A stretch of 64,000 nt of DNA. Source: Octopus vulgaris (Eukaryota). This document shows, piece after piece, positions 1 to 11,681 of the stretch. Within the stretch, counting starts at the first letter, position 1. Every line of letters starts with the position of its first letter. The stretch spans positions 15,314,001-15,378,000 of the forward strand of contig OX597843.1 in NCBI GenBank assembly GCA_951406725.2. The letters run 5' to 3'. The position numbers were made by a program, and so were the translations under genes. The notes under the pieces are model-generated. The model worked only from the letters and a program-made list of their open reading frames with translations. It made no database searches and was not told where the DNA came from.

Positions 1-305
1 TTGAAAATAAAATAAGTATAAAAAAAAAACACACTATTTATGAGATAAGAGGAAGGTCGTGATGGGTGCTGGATCAAATTTTTAATGGAGCAGAAGGTGA
101 GCATAAGAGAGAACAGACTGTTGGATTATGGAAGGGAATACACACACACACATATATATATATATATACAAGGAGAATTCACACAAAAACCAAAAAAAAA
201 ACAAAAGATGAAGACAGGTGGTGTAGACAACAAACAAATGTATTAGGTTAACGTTCGGGAAGTGAAAAAGTCTTTGACATTTTAAGCCTATATATGTATA
301 GGCTG

Positions 306-1113
306 ATCTGAGATTGTGTACTGGAACGAAAGCAATTGCAGTGTGGAAGGTGTTTATAAGCCATTAAAGAAACACACAAAAACCGTTAGATTCACTTCAA
401 CATTTAAATTTTAATTTGCCAAAATATTTTCGTTGCTTTGAAACCATGACTATTGGACTATTGGCAAAGACTCAAAACCTTGAAGATGTACTCAATAGAA
501 AGAAGATTTGAGCGATACCGAATTATATACATTTGGAAAATGATAGAGCAAAAGGTGCCAAACTTTGGTATCAAAACCTACCACTCACTGCGCCACGGAA
601 GACGCTGCCAGCTACCACCAATCAACAAAAAGGCTGGCCAGGCAGCAAAAGCTCTGCGAGAATCAAGTCTGTTGGTTCGAGGAGCACAACTATTCAACTC
701 CATTCCGGTACATGTCAGAAATCTATCAGGATGCAGTGTGGAATCATTCAAATTGCAGCTGGATAGATACTTAAGCACCATTAGAGATGAACCCCATCTC
801 CCAGGATATACACAACGAGCACAAACTGACTCAAACTCGCTCCTACACATGTCAAAATTAAACAGAGAATACAACCTGGCAACCACGCCAGACTCTGAGG
901 GTGGAGTCTTCGACTTGGCCTGAGCATGGACTCAAACTCAAATGAAATGAAATGACCTGTTCACTGTGATGCAGCACAGAATTTTGTCAGTGACAGGTCG
1001 CGGTCTCAAAGCGTTGAAAATATTTTGGCAAATTAAATTTAAATGTTGAAGTGAATCTAACGGTTTTTGTGTGTTCCTTAAATGGCTTATAAACACCTTC
1101 CACACTGCAATTG
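306..1113. mobile_element. Penelope-like pseudo-LTR fragments in inverted orientation (about 335-450 plus 952-965 versus 983-1112), split by a CR1 insertion
   Basis: Arms are reverse complements and each carries a hammerhead-like fold. The same family occurs at 31397-31680. Confidence 0.65.
451..951 (+). mobile_element. 5'-truncated CR1-clade LINE, 3' end (post-RT region, DYWQRLKTLKMYSIERRFERY...)
   Basis: ORF 453..923 resembles the C-terminus of ORF 53866..55176. (AATGA)n tail; possible TSD atgac at 446-450 and 952-956. Confidence 0.85.
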
Positions 1114-1523
1114 TTTATATATCCATCCACACATACAGTGCTAGATGACCCCCACCTCCCCTCGGATTCAGTCTTGCAAGTTGCATGGCAACCGTCAGTG
1201 CTGATGGCAGGTAAAAAGCACCCAGTACTTTTATGTCAGTGTGTGTGGGTTTGTGTGAGTGTGCGTATATATGTATGTATGTATGTATATATGTGTGGAT
1301 GTGTGTGTGTGTGTAAATATGTAATTATATGGTTGAATTAACGCTCAGATTATTTAGAGTACTTTATTTGGCTGAACATATCAACATATAATGTGTGTAT
1401 GAATGTTCACACTCATACACAGGTAATAGACAGATAGATAGATGTGTGTATGTGTGTGTGTGTGTATATATATATATACACACACACAAAACCAGATGAA
1501 GTAACAGCAAAAGTTTTACTTAC

Positions 1524-1590
1524 TAAATATCCACAAACACCAAATGCTATGTACAGGAATGTGACCAATATCATGGTTGATATGAAAACA
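1524..1590 (-). CDS. Transporter exon H (67 nt): VFISTMILVTFLYIAFGVCGYL
   Basis: Acceptor atatttttgtttacag and donor gtaagt. LYxxFGxxGYL family motif. The gene should continue beyond position 1. Confidence 0.95.
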
Positions 1591-4008
1591 CTGTAAACAA
1601 AAATATATACACAGCTTTATACGTACATGAACTAGGTCAGACAAACTTACAGAAAATACTAGAACATAGACAAGTGGATGTGTGTTGTGTGCAAGTGTTA
1701 AGATGAAGGGGAGCCTCTGCCAAGTTTTTCACAGTTAAGAAACAGGTGCATAAATTCTTTTGGACGGGTGGAGTCAATACATACAGTCACATTTATCAGC
1801 GGCCCAGGATAATACTGTGTTCAGTTGTGAAGCAGGTTGCACTTATCATGGATTGATCTATGGTAACACAGGATGACAATCAATCAAAGATTTTGCTTCA
1901 GTCACAAAAACATGTCGCAGCAACCACCCAGAATGCACTGATTATTGCTTGTGTTTAAATGGCTAAGCAGAGAGGTTGCGTATATTTTTATATACGGATT
2001 TATGTACTTGTATCCACAAACATGTGACCAGTGAATACAAAAAATATGAAACTGCCTGATACAAACAAAGATGGAGATAAGGATAGCAAAAGGTAGAAAG
2101 AATCAAGGAAATAGTTGAAGGTTGAAGCTTCTCTGCCGTGGACTGAGAGTTTGGTGGCAACAAATTGACAATTTGTTCCTCACAAACAATGTGGACAAGT
2201 GAATTCTTTGGGAAAAATAGAAATGGTTAAAGGAAATGGTTTGGTGTGTCCATGAGAAGCTTCTCAATATGGAGAATGCATGAGAAAGAAAGGGAGAGAG
2301 GGTCTATCCTTAGCCGACCCTAATGAGACCAACCATCCAAGTTGAGAGCAGTTTGATAGATAGAGCAATAAGGGGTATAAAAGTAAGGAAACCAACCTCT
2401 ACTGCTGACTGCCCCCCCCCCCCCAGCCATGCCGGTGGCACGTAAAAGCACCCACTACACTCTCAGAGTGGTTGGCATTAGGAAGGGCATTCAGCTGTAG
2501 AAACTCTACCAGATCAGACTGGGGCCTGGTGCAGCCATCTGGTTTGCCAGTCCTCAGTGAAATCGTCCAACCAATGCCAGCATGGAAAGCGGACGTTAAA
2601 CGATGATGATGATGAGGAGGAAGAAGAATGGCTGTGGAGTAAGAAGCTTGTTTAACAACCACATGGTTCCAGGTTCAAATGTCTTCTACTTTAGCCACAG
2701 GTTGACCTGTGAATTAATTTGGGGGACAGAAAATGAAAGAAGCTATTGTATATATATATAAGTGAGTGTGTGGGTGTGGGTGTGTGTGTCTGTGTGTCTA
2801 CGTTTGTCCCCATCGGTGTTTGACAACTTGTGTTAGTGTGTTTACATCCCTGTAACTTAGTGGTTTGGCAAAAGAGACTGACAGAATAAGTCCCAGGCTT
2901 TAGAAAAAGTACTGGGGGTGAATTTATTCAGCTAAAAATTCTTCAAGGTAGTGCCCCAGAATGGCCACAGTCTAATGACTGAAACAAGTGGGAAAAAAAG
3001 CAAGGGATCAGTATAGTCCCCTAGAATAATCAATCAAGTAATACAAGAAAGGGGTCCAGCCGAATGGCAGGGGGTTAGTGCTGTAGGAAGGGTTCACTAC
3101 AGTGGCATCAAACTGCTGGGTCAGGTTATGAAGGCCACAGACCCACGGGTTCAGCCCTCCATTGGTTATGGAGCAAGCATATTGGCTGCTCAACCATTTA
3201 GCTTTAGATTCATCTCAAATCGGTGTATTTCAACAATGTCGACATTTGATAACACGATTAGGGTTGGAGTAAATCCACTGCAAAGGTTGGATGGTCTCAA
3301 CTGGCCAATCAGTGCTTGAGCAAGAGTTTCTATCCCAAAACAGAAAAATCCTCTTCGTACTCCACCAACCATTATATAAGAAGCACTCCCTCATGCTACA
3401 GAGCATTAATGTGCAAGTGGCTGAGTATTCCACAGACACGTGTGATACAGAATGTGACAAGGCAGGCTCCTTTTGAAATTATGGGTACACCTAATTTTTT
3501 TGGCCAGACTGGAGCAACATGAAATAAAGTGCCTTGCTCAAGGACGCAATGTGCTGCTGGGACTTGAACTCACGACCTTTGGATCATGAGCCAAAATGCC
3601 CCTAACCACTATGTCTGAATAAAAGACAAGATGGTCATGGCTGGAACCTCTTTGATCATAAGTTCATTGATCAGAAATGATCTGGGACTAAGCAACAACA
3701 AAGAACGTATTAGATAATGTGATCCCAGGTACACTATGCCTGAATAAAAAACAGGAAGGTCATGGCTAGAACATCTTTGATCATAGGTCTGCTGGATCAG
3801 CACTAACCTAGGGCTAAACAAGGATGAGGATGTAGTCTTAGATACACTATGTTAGAATGATAGACATGAGGGCAACAGCTGGAACATCTTTGATCATAGG
3901 TTTATGGGATCAGAACCGACCTGGGGCTAAACAACAAAGCCAACAGACAACAATAACAACAACAACAAAGAAAATAAATGCAAACACAAATGGTTTTTTT
4001 TTACTCAC

Positions 4009-4073
4009 AAACTGAAACGGCTTCGTTTTTCTTTGATGACAGATGATTCTAGAGAGAGGACCATCCCAGCACC
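4009..4073 (-). CDS. Transporter exon G (65 nt): GAGMVLSLESSVIKEKRSRFS-F
   Basis: Branch-like ctaac plus pyrimidine tract and tttgtag acceptor; donor gtgagt; phases 0/2. Confidence 0.95.
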
Positions 4074-4549
4074 CTACAAATATAGAGGTAGGAGAGTTAG
4101 GGGGAAGAAGAGGTATTCATCCTCATCATTTTTACAGATACACTTTCATGATTACATCATCTCTCTCACACACATAAACAGACGTGGATGGACGGACGGA
4201 CAGACAGATACTAACAGACATATTGCCACCCCACAATGTCATTCAAAACTAAAAAATCACACCAAAACAATGTGAACGCACAACCATTGCATTTGGCAGA
4301 ATTAATCTGAACGCTAAAGGGTCAATGGTATTCCCAGCGTGAATCTTTCCATGGCCCTTTGCACTGTAGCCAAGTGATGATGTTCTATCCCTTTTGGAGG
4401 GGCCGGCTAACTTTACTGACCCCAAAAGGAAGAAAGGCAAAGTTGATCTTGGCAGCATTTGCAGTCAGATAGTAAACCATCATCACCCTCATCACTCTCA
4501 TCATCTTTTAAAATCCATTTTCCATGCTGGCATGGGTTGGATGGTTTGA

Positions 4550-4778
4550 TGGCGAGCTGGCAGAATCGTTAGCACGTCGGGCGAAATGCTTAGCGGTATT
4601 TCGTCTGCCGTTACGTTGTGCGTTCAAATTCCGCCGAGGTCGACTTTGCCTTTCATCCTTTCGGGCTCGATAAATTAAGTACCAGTTAAGCACTGGGGTC
4701 GATATAATCGACTTAATACCTATGTCTGTCCATGTTTGTCCCCTCTATGTTCAGCCTCTTGTGGGTAATAAAGAAATA
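4550..4778 (+). mobile_element. tRNA-derived SINE with Nin/Deu-like core (representative; other copies near 21700-22135, 34860-35085, 47655-47880, 48227-48445, 62130-62320, 63370-63585)
   Basis: A/B-box-like head, core gcctttcatcctttcgggctcgataaattaagtaccag, TSD ggtttga at 4543-4549 and 4779-4785. Confidence 0.8.
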
Positions 4779-5154
4779 GGTTTGACAGGAGCTGACCAGC
4801 CAGAGAGCGGCACCAGGCTCCAATTATCAATTTCAGCAGGGTTTCTAAATGACATATATTTTCTTATCGAGAATAATTTAATTTATTTGAATCCCTTTGA
4901 CGCCGGAATTTTTATTCCCTAATTAATATATAAATAAAATAATATATATATACGTAAAAAGCACCCACTACACTCTCGGAGTGGTTGGCGTTAGGAAGGG
5001 CATCCAGCCGTAGAAACACTGCCAGATCAGACTGGGCCTGATGAAGCCTTCCGGCTTCCCAGATCCCAGTTGAACCGTCCCACCCATGCTAGCATGGAAA
5101 GCAGACGCTAAACGACGATGATGATGATGATGATGATGATGGTGATGATGATGG

Positions 5155-5185
<31 letters not shown>

Positions 5186-5232
5186 GATGATGATGGTGAT
5201 GGTGATGATGATGATGATGGTGATGATGATGG

Positions 5233-5305
<73 letters not shown>

Positions 5306-5488
5306 GATGACACCCTTCCTAACGCCAACAACTTTACAAAGTGTACAGGGTGCTTTTTACATGGCATCAGCACCAGTGCTTTGTATATGACACTGGCACA
5401 TGTGCCTCATATGTGGCACCAGGATGGGTGCCCTGTATGTGACACCAGCATGGTGTTTTATAAACGGCACCAGCACAGCAACTGGCAT

Positions 5489-7232
5489 CATCATCATCGT
5501 TCGACCGTGGTCGACACAATGGAATTTACCATGCTACGCCAGACCTCACGGTCCATCATGGCATTACGGAGGTCCTGTTGCTGGATGCCTGTATCCCTGG
5601 ATATTACATCAGGGTAGGAGAGTGTGTGCCCTCTGGTATTGCGACCGTGGTCGAGACAATGGAATTTACCATGCTACGCCAGACCTCATGGTCCATCATG
5701 GCATTACAGAGGTCCTGTTGCTGGATGCCTGTATCCCTGGATATTACATCAGGGTAGGAGAGTGTGCACCTCTGGTATTGCGACCGTGGTCGACACAATG
5801 GAATTTACCATGCTACGCCAGACCTCATGGTCCATCATGGCATTACGGAGGTCCTGTTGCTGGATGCCTGTATCCCTGGAGATTACATCAGGGTAGGAGA
5901 GTGTGCACCCTCTGGTATTGCGACCGTGGTCGAGACAATGGAATTTACCATGCTACGCCAGACCTCATGGTCCATCATGGCATTACGGAGGTCCTGTTGC
6001 TGGATGCCTGTATCCCTGGAGATTACATCAGGGTAGGAGAGTGTGCACCCTCTGGTATTGCGACCGTGGTCGAGACAATGGAATTTACCATGCTACGCCA
6101 GACCTCATGGTCCATCATGGCATTACGGAGGTCCTGTTGCTGGATGCCTGTATCCCTGGAGATTACATCAGGGTAGGAGAGTGTGCACCGTCTGGTATTG
6201 CGACCGTGGTCGACACAATGGAATTTACCATGCTACGCCAGACCTCATGGTCCATCATGGCATTACGGAGGTCCTGTTGCTGGATGCCTGTATCCCTGGA
6301 GATTACATCAGGGTAGGAGAGTGTGCACCCTCTGGTATTGCGACCGTGGTCGAGACAATGGAATTTACCATGCTACGCCAGACCTCATGGTCCATCATGG
6401 CATTACGGAGGTCCTGTTGCTGGATGCCTGTATCCCTGGAGATTACATCAGGGTAGGAGAGTGTGCGCCCTCTGGTATTGCGACCGTGGTCGAGACAATG
6501 GAATTTACCATGCTACGCCAGACCTCACGGTCCATCATGGCATTACGGAGGTCCTGTTGCTGGATGCCTGTATCCCTGGAGATTACATCAGGGTAGGAGA
6601 GTGTGTGCCCTCTGGTATTGCGACCGTGGTCGAGACAATGGAATTTACCATGCTACGCCAGACCTCATGGTCCATCATGGCATTACGGAGGTCCTGTTGC
6701 TGGATGCCTGTATCCCTGGAGATTACATCAGGGTAGGAGAGTGTGCGCCCTCTGGTATTGCGACCGTAGTCGAGACAATGGAATTTACCATGCTACGCCA
6801 GACCTCACGGTCCATCATGGCATTACAGAGGTCCTGTTGCTGGATGCCTGTATCTCTAGAGATTACATCAGGGTAGGAGAGTGTGCGCCCTCTGGTATCG
6901 CGAGTAGATGGCTTCCAGAGGAGAAGAGTAGAAATTACCTTGTTTTCAGCTCTACAACAATGTCCAGCAAACTGGACTCTCCTACCTTTCACAAGAGCTG
7001 ACACGGGTGGTAGTTTCCCATATATTTGCATTTTGGTTGGATGACGCTTCCACAAGAGATTTTGAGCTCTCATAAGGAGGCGAGTGTAGGTTCCATCCAA
7101 CCGCCTCTCAAGCTTCTTTGATAACGTCCAGGTTTCTGAGCCATGACATGCATAAGATCTGGTCATCAAATCTAAGTAGAGACTTCAAACTTGAAATCTT
7201 CAAAGCCACAGTCGAACCAATTCTACTCTATG
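5489..7232 (-). mobile_element. 5'-truncated RTE LINE with a ten-copy 140-bp 3' array and an inverted 5' segment
   Basis: ORF 6723..7169 contains GSETWTLSKKLERRLDGTYTRLL. (GAT)n tail; TSD gcaactggcat at 5478-5488 and 7233-7243. Confidence 0.9.
5502..6900. repeat. Tandem array of 10 x 140-bp units (LINE 3' end)
   Basis: Units start at 5502, 5642, 5781, 5921, 6061, 6201, 6341, 6481, 6621 and 6761. Confidence 0.97.
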
Positions 7233-7496
7233 GCAACTGGCATAGGCACCTTATATGTGGTACAAGCGCGGGTGCACCCTACATGGAACCAACACGAACA
7301 CCTCACATGCGACACAGGCAAGGGTGCTTTAAACGTGGCACCAGTAAATCAAGTTGGAAGAAATGCTGGCAATCATTTCGTCTGGTAGAGCAACAATTCT
7401 GACAGCTCGTGCGCCCCAGCCCCGTCAGATTGGAATAACATGGAAGAAAGGGGCAAAAGATAAGGAATGGAAGAGAGAAAAAGGGGAGAGACTCAC

Positions 7497-7566
7497 CTCG
7501 TAACAATATATTGAGATTGCGAGAAAAAATGGGAAACCAGCCAAGGAGATTTTCTTGGGGTGAATT
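7497..7566 (-). CDS. Transporter exon F (70 nt): IHPKKISLAGFPFFLAISIYCYE
   Basis: Acceptor tttctatttttgttccctttcag and donor GAG|gtgagt. With exon G it forms FPFFLAISIYCYEGAGMVLSLE, equivalent to the SLC36 signature [22 protein letters not shown]. Confidence 0.95.
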
Positions 7567-8484
7567 CTGAAAGGGAACAAAAATAGAAATTATAAAGGAG
7601 GCTCTAACTGCTGCTGCTGCTGCTGCTACTGCTACTCCAACTATTGCTACTACACCTGCTGCTACTACTACTCTTCCAGCTACTACTACTACTACTACTG
7701 CAACAACTGCTACTACTACTACTACTACTACTTTTCCGACTGCTGCTACTACTCCTCCAACTACTGCTACTATTACTGCTGCAGCTACTACTACAACTAC
7801 TACTACAACCACCACCATAACCATTACTACTACTGCTACTACTACTATTACTACTACCACTACTAATGGCTGAAACAAGCAAAAGATAAAAGGCAAATCA
7901 TGTTGCCGTACAAGTTTTCTTCCCGGTCAATGCAACACAATGCACCTGCTGTTACAGGGGAGAAAATTCATATGGTAACATTGTCCACACTCAGTGTGCT
8001 AAAGGTTAATATGTCTATGCAGGGGTCAAACACAAAATGGGTTGGCCCCTGCAGTGTAGGTCACAGAAGAATAACTGCTCGCTTTTACAACAACAGTGTG
8101 TTCAATGCACAGGATTCTGGGAGGCCACTGTTTCAACCTATGCATGTGTGTGCGTGTGTGTGGCCTTGTCTTGGCATCATGTGATAGTTGTAAACATTGT
8201 ACAATAGTGTGGTCTGGCCCTGTCGCTGTCAACCTTAGTTTCCTGTCTTCCAAGAAGGTTGTTTCCAGCCATGGGGGGAAATAATGCCATACTTGGAAGC
8301 AGACGAGGGTCGGTAACAGGAAGAGCGTCCAGTTGTAGAAAATCTTCCTCAGCACATTCCATCTGACAAATTCAAGCATGGAAAAGTGGACGTTAAAGCG
8401 ATGCTGATTAACATGAGCATTCTGTATTTGAGCAACGAGATCAGAAAAAAATTTATCAGAACCCAAGATTTTGGTAAACACTGA

Positions 8485-9305
8485 ATCCTTTAACATTCAG
8501 GTTCCTCAGTTAAATGCAGAACTCATTTATTCCCTCTCTCTCTCTTTCGGAGAGGCACTGAGCACCTACACTCACACATACACACACGGCAGTAACTTCC
8601 ACCTACCGAATTCAATCACAAAGCTCCGGTCGGCTCGGGGCTATAGTGGAAGACACCTACCCAAAGTGCCACGCAGTGGGACTGAACCCGAAACCATATA
8701 GCTAGGAAGCAAGCTCCCTAACCACACAGCCATGCCCACGCCTACCAACCATTGTTTTGAATTAATCATAGCTTCTAGAATTTGATGATGTCGTTATTTA
8801 TTTTTAGAATGACATTGTACAGTAGGTGTGAGAAGCCAGATATGGTCGGTTTGAACACAAAACAGGCAGAACACACAGAACGGATAAGGCTGTTTTAGAG
8901 ATTAAAGGATTAACTCTTCAGCATTCAGATGAGCCTCTCAAATGTAATGCATATTTATTCGCATTGTTTAGAATTCATCCTGCAATTATCTCATAGCTTT
9001 GAAATTTCAGTGAAGAGATGGTTTCAGAGTAGATATGAGAGGGTCAGACCTGGAGAATATTCGAGCCAAATATGGCTGGTTTAAGTGCTGGTTTAAGGTC
9101 AATTCTTCAAGCATTCAGATTTCTGTCAAACGACTCTTATTTATCCACACTGCTTTGAATGAATCCTGCATTATCTTGTGGTATTGAGATTTCAATGATG
9201 TGATTGTTTATTGTGTGAATGACAGTGTAGGGTAGGTGTGGGAGTCTAGATCCAGCCAGTTTGAACATAAACCAGAATATTAGGGCCGGATATAGCCACT
9301 TTAAC
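8485..9305. mobile_element. Tandem ~200-bp TTAA-flanked MITE-like units (also 16270-16450, 16840-17225, 57670-58255)
   Basis: Recurrent attcaga...tgtcaaatgtaat...gtgtgagagg...aacataaaaca units with degenerate ttaacccttt/aaagggttaa-type ends. Confidence 0.55.
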
Positions 9306-9349
9306 TAAAATGTTACAACTGAAGAAGAAGAAAAAAAGGGACCACTCAC

Positions 9350-9427
9350 ACAACATGATGGATGTGTTGGAAGTCAAACCAAAAAACAACAGCAAACGCC
9401 AACAGACTGGAACATTGGGCTAAAAAA
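9350..9427 (-). CDS. Transporter exon E (78 nt): FLAQCSSLLAFAVVFWFDFQHIHHV-V
   Basis: Acceptor ttttctttttttaaattttag and donor gtgagt. Transmembrane helix; phases 2/2. Confidence 0.92.
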
Positions 9428-9516
9428 CTAAAATTTAAAAAAAGAAAATGAAAATAGGGAAAAACAGAACAAAAAAAATTAGTGGATTAGATTTTAACAA
9501 TGTAAAAACGTTATTT

Positions 9517-9762
9517 GTGGAGGCACGTGGCTTAGTGGTTAGGGTGTCAGCACCATGATCGTAAGATTGTGGTTTCAATTCCTGGACCGGGCGATGCGTT
9601 GTGTTCTTGAACAAAGCCCTTCATTTCACGTTGCTCCGGTCCACTCAGCTGGCGAAAATGAGTAACGCTGCGATGGACTGGGGTCCCATCCAGCTGGGGA
9701 ACACATACGCCATAGAAACTGGGAAACCGGGCCCATGAACCTGACTAAGCTTTAAAAGGGCA
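9517..9762 (+). mobile_element. tRNA-derived SINE with V-domain-like core (related copy 42356-42640)
   Basis: tRNA-like head followed by gcgatggactggggtcccatccag. Confidence 0.65.
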
Positions 9763-10827
9763 CAGTGGAGGCGCAATGACCCAGTGGTTAGGGTAGTGGA
9801 CTCGCGGTCGGAGGATCGCAGTTTCGATTCCCAGACCGGGCGTTGTGTGTATGTATTGAGCGAAAACCACTTTACAGACTGTACTGTGTCTGCAAGACTC
9901 CTGTGTTGGTGCCACATATGAGAACTCATACAGGTGCCACGTTAAAAGCACACACACAGTACAGTCTGTAAAGTGGTTGGCATTAAGAGAGTCATCCAGT
10001 GGCAGGGACCAAGGCCTGGTGCAGCTCTGGTCAACCCATGCCAGCATGGAAAATGGGCATTAAAGAATGATGTTGATGAGGTTTGTAGGTAGGGAGGTAG
10101 TTATGTACATATAGGTCAAGCCTAATTGTTATCTGCATCACTACCTCTCTATATATATACACACACACACATACCTATATATATATATACACACACACAT
10201 ACCTATATATATATATACACACACACACATACCTATATATATATATACACACATACATACATTAATGGTAACAAACTGGAATGAAATGCTTATTAATACA
10301 GGAAGTAGGGTAATAGATATAAATACAGTAATTAAGTCAGGAGAAACCAAGCAGCCAAAATATTTTATCTGCTAAAACAAATGGCTGTTAAGGGTGTGTG
10401 TGGTGATGGGGAGACCTTTCTATTGTTCCAGCAGACTGAAATAAATTGTGTGTGTGTGTGTGTGTGTGTTGTGTGTGTGTGTTGTGTGTGTGTGTGTGTG
10501 TGTGTCTGTGTTTGTCCCCCTAGCATTGCTTGACAACCGACGCTGGTGTGTTTCCGTCCCCGTCACTTAGCGGTTTGGCAAAAGAGACCGATAGAATAAG
10601 TACTGGGCTTACAAAGAATAAGTCCCGGTCGATTTGCTCGACTAAAGGTGGTGCTCCAGCATGGCCACAGTCAAATGACTGAAACAAGTAAAAGAGTATA
10701 TATACATATTGTTATATTTCGGAATGGTCATTTTGCCAGTTTAGCCAATAAAAACACACACACTATATATTTGGTGTTATTTTGCTTCAGTGATATTTAT
10801 TTTTTACATTAATCTTAATCTTATTTC

Positions 10828-10872
10828 GGCCAGAGTTCTTTCGTCACACTCCTGTGACCGCATCAGTGGTCC
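10828..10872 (-). ncRNA. Minimal type I hammerhead-like motif (A9->C variant)
   Basis: CCA-CUGAUGC-G-GUCACA(GGAG)UGUGAC-GAA-AGAACU-C|UGG. Confidence 0.55.
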
Positions 10873-11681
10873 TTTGTTTTCTTCTTTCACTTATTTGTGA
10901 CTCTCCTTACTAACCATCAGCCATTTTATATTTCTATTGTATGTCTTCATTTGCGCATGCTTATATCTCTATGTGCGTCTATGTTTATTTAGTGTGTGTG
11001 GGGTGGGGGGATGCCTGTAATATTTGTATCTTCTGTTTATATACGTTCATGTAATTTGTATTTTGTTGTTTTTGTTTATTCTTATTTTGTTCCTGTATTT
11101 ACATCCACTTATTATTATTATCATTACATATGCTTGTATGTATGTATAACAACAATACTAGTAATAATAATAATAATAATAAATCGATATGCAGTGGGAC
11201 TGAACCGGGGACCATGTGGTTGGTAAGCAAGCTATTTACCACACAGCCACTCCTCTGCCTATTTGTGCAGCTTTATCCAGCAAAAAGCCGAATGCTCATC
11301 CATCGTCTTCAACAGGAGAATCCATTACATTAGCTGCAAGTCCATATTTGTGCATATGTACTTAGATGCTAAACTTTTGCTAAGTTTTACACATCTTGAC
11401 ATTTCCAGTGATGGATTTTGTCTGTGATCTTCTAATTAACTTTCTCCTTCCTGGTTTTGAGAAGTTTGGAAAGTGGTTGCTGTTCGGAAGGACAGCATCT
11501 GACCAATGAAGCCGTTGAAACCAAAGATGATGTTGAAGCTCAATGCAGCCCCCTGCAGCTGACCATTTCCCAGTTGAACTGGTTGACCCATGTTAGCAGG
11601 GGTCAACCAGTGAAACTGGACTTTAAATGATGCTGATAATGTATGCATACTTGCATGTATATATTTTATATATATATATAT

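Noticed and set aside
5400-7001. Overlapping plus-strand ORFs and a CRISPR-like look of the 140-bp array
   Set aside because: Antisense read-through of repeated LINE sequence. Units are near-identical with no unique spacers, and there are no cas genes.
9517-9590. tRNA-like sequences (also 9765-9840 and other SINE heads)
   Set aside because: They continue into SINE bodies and lack a full cloverleaf, so they are not called tRNA genes.
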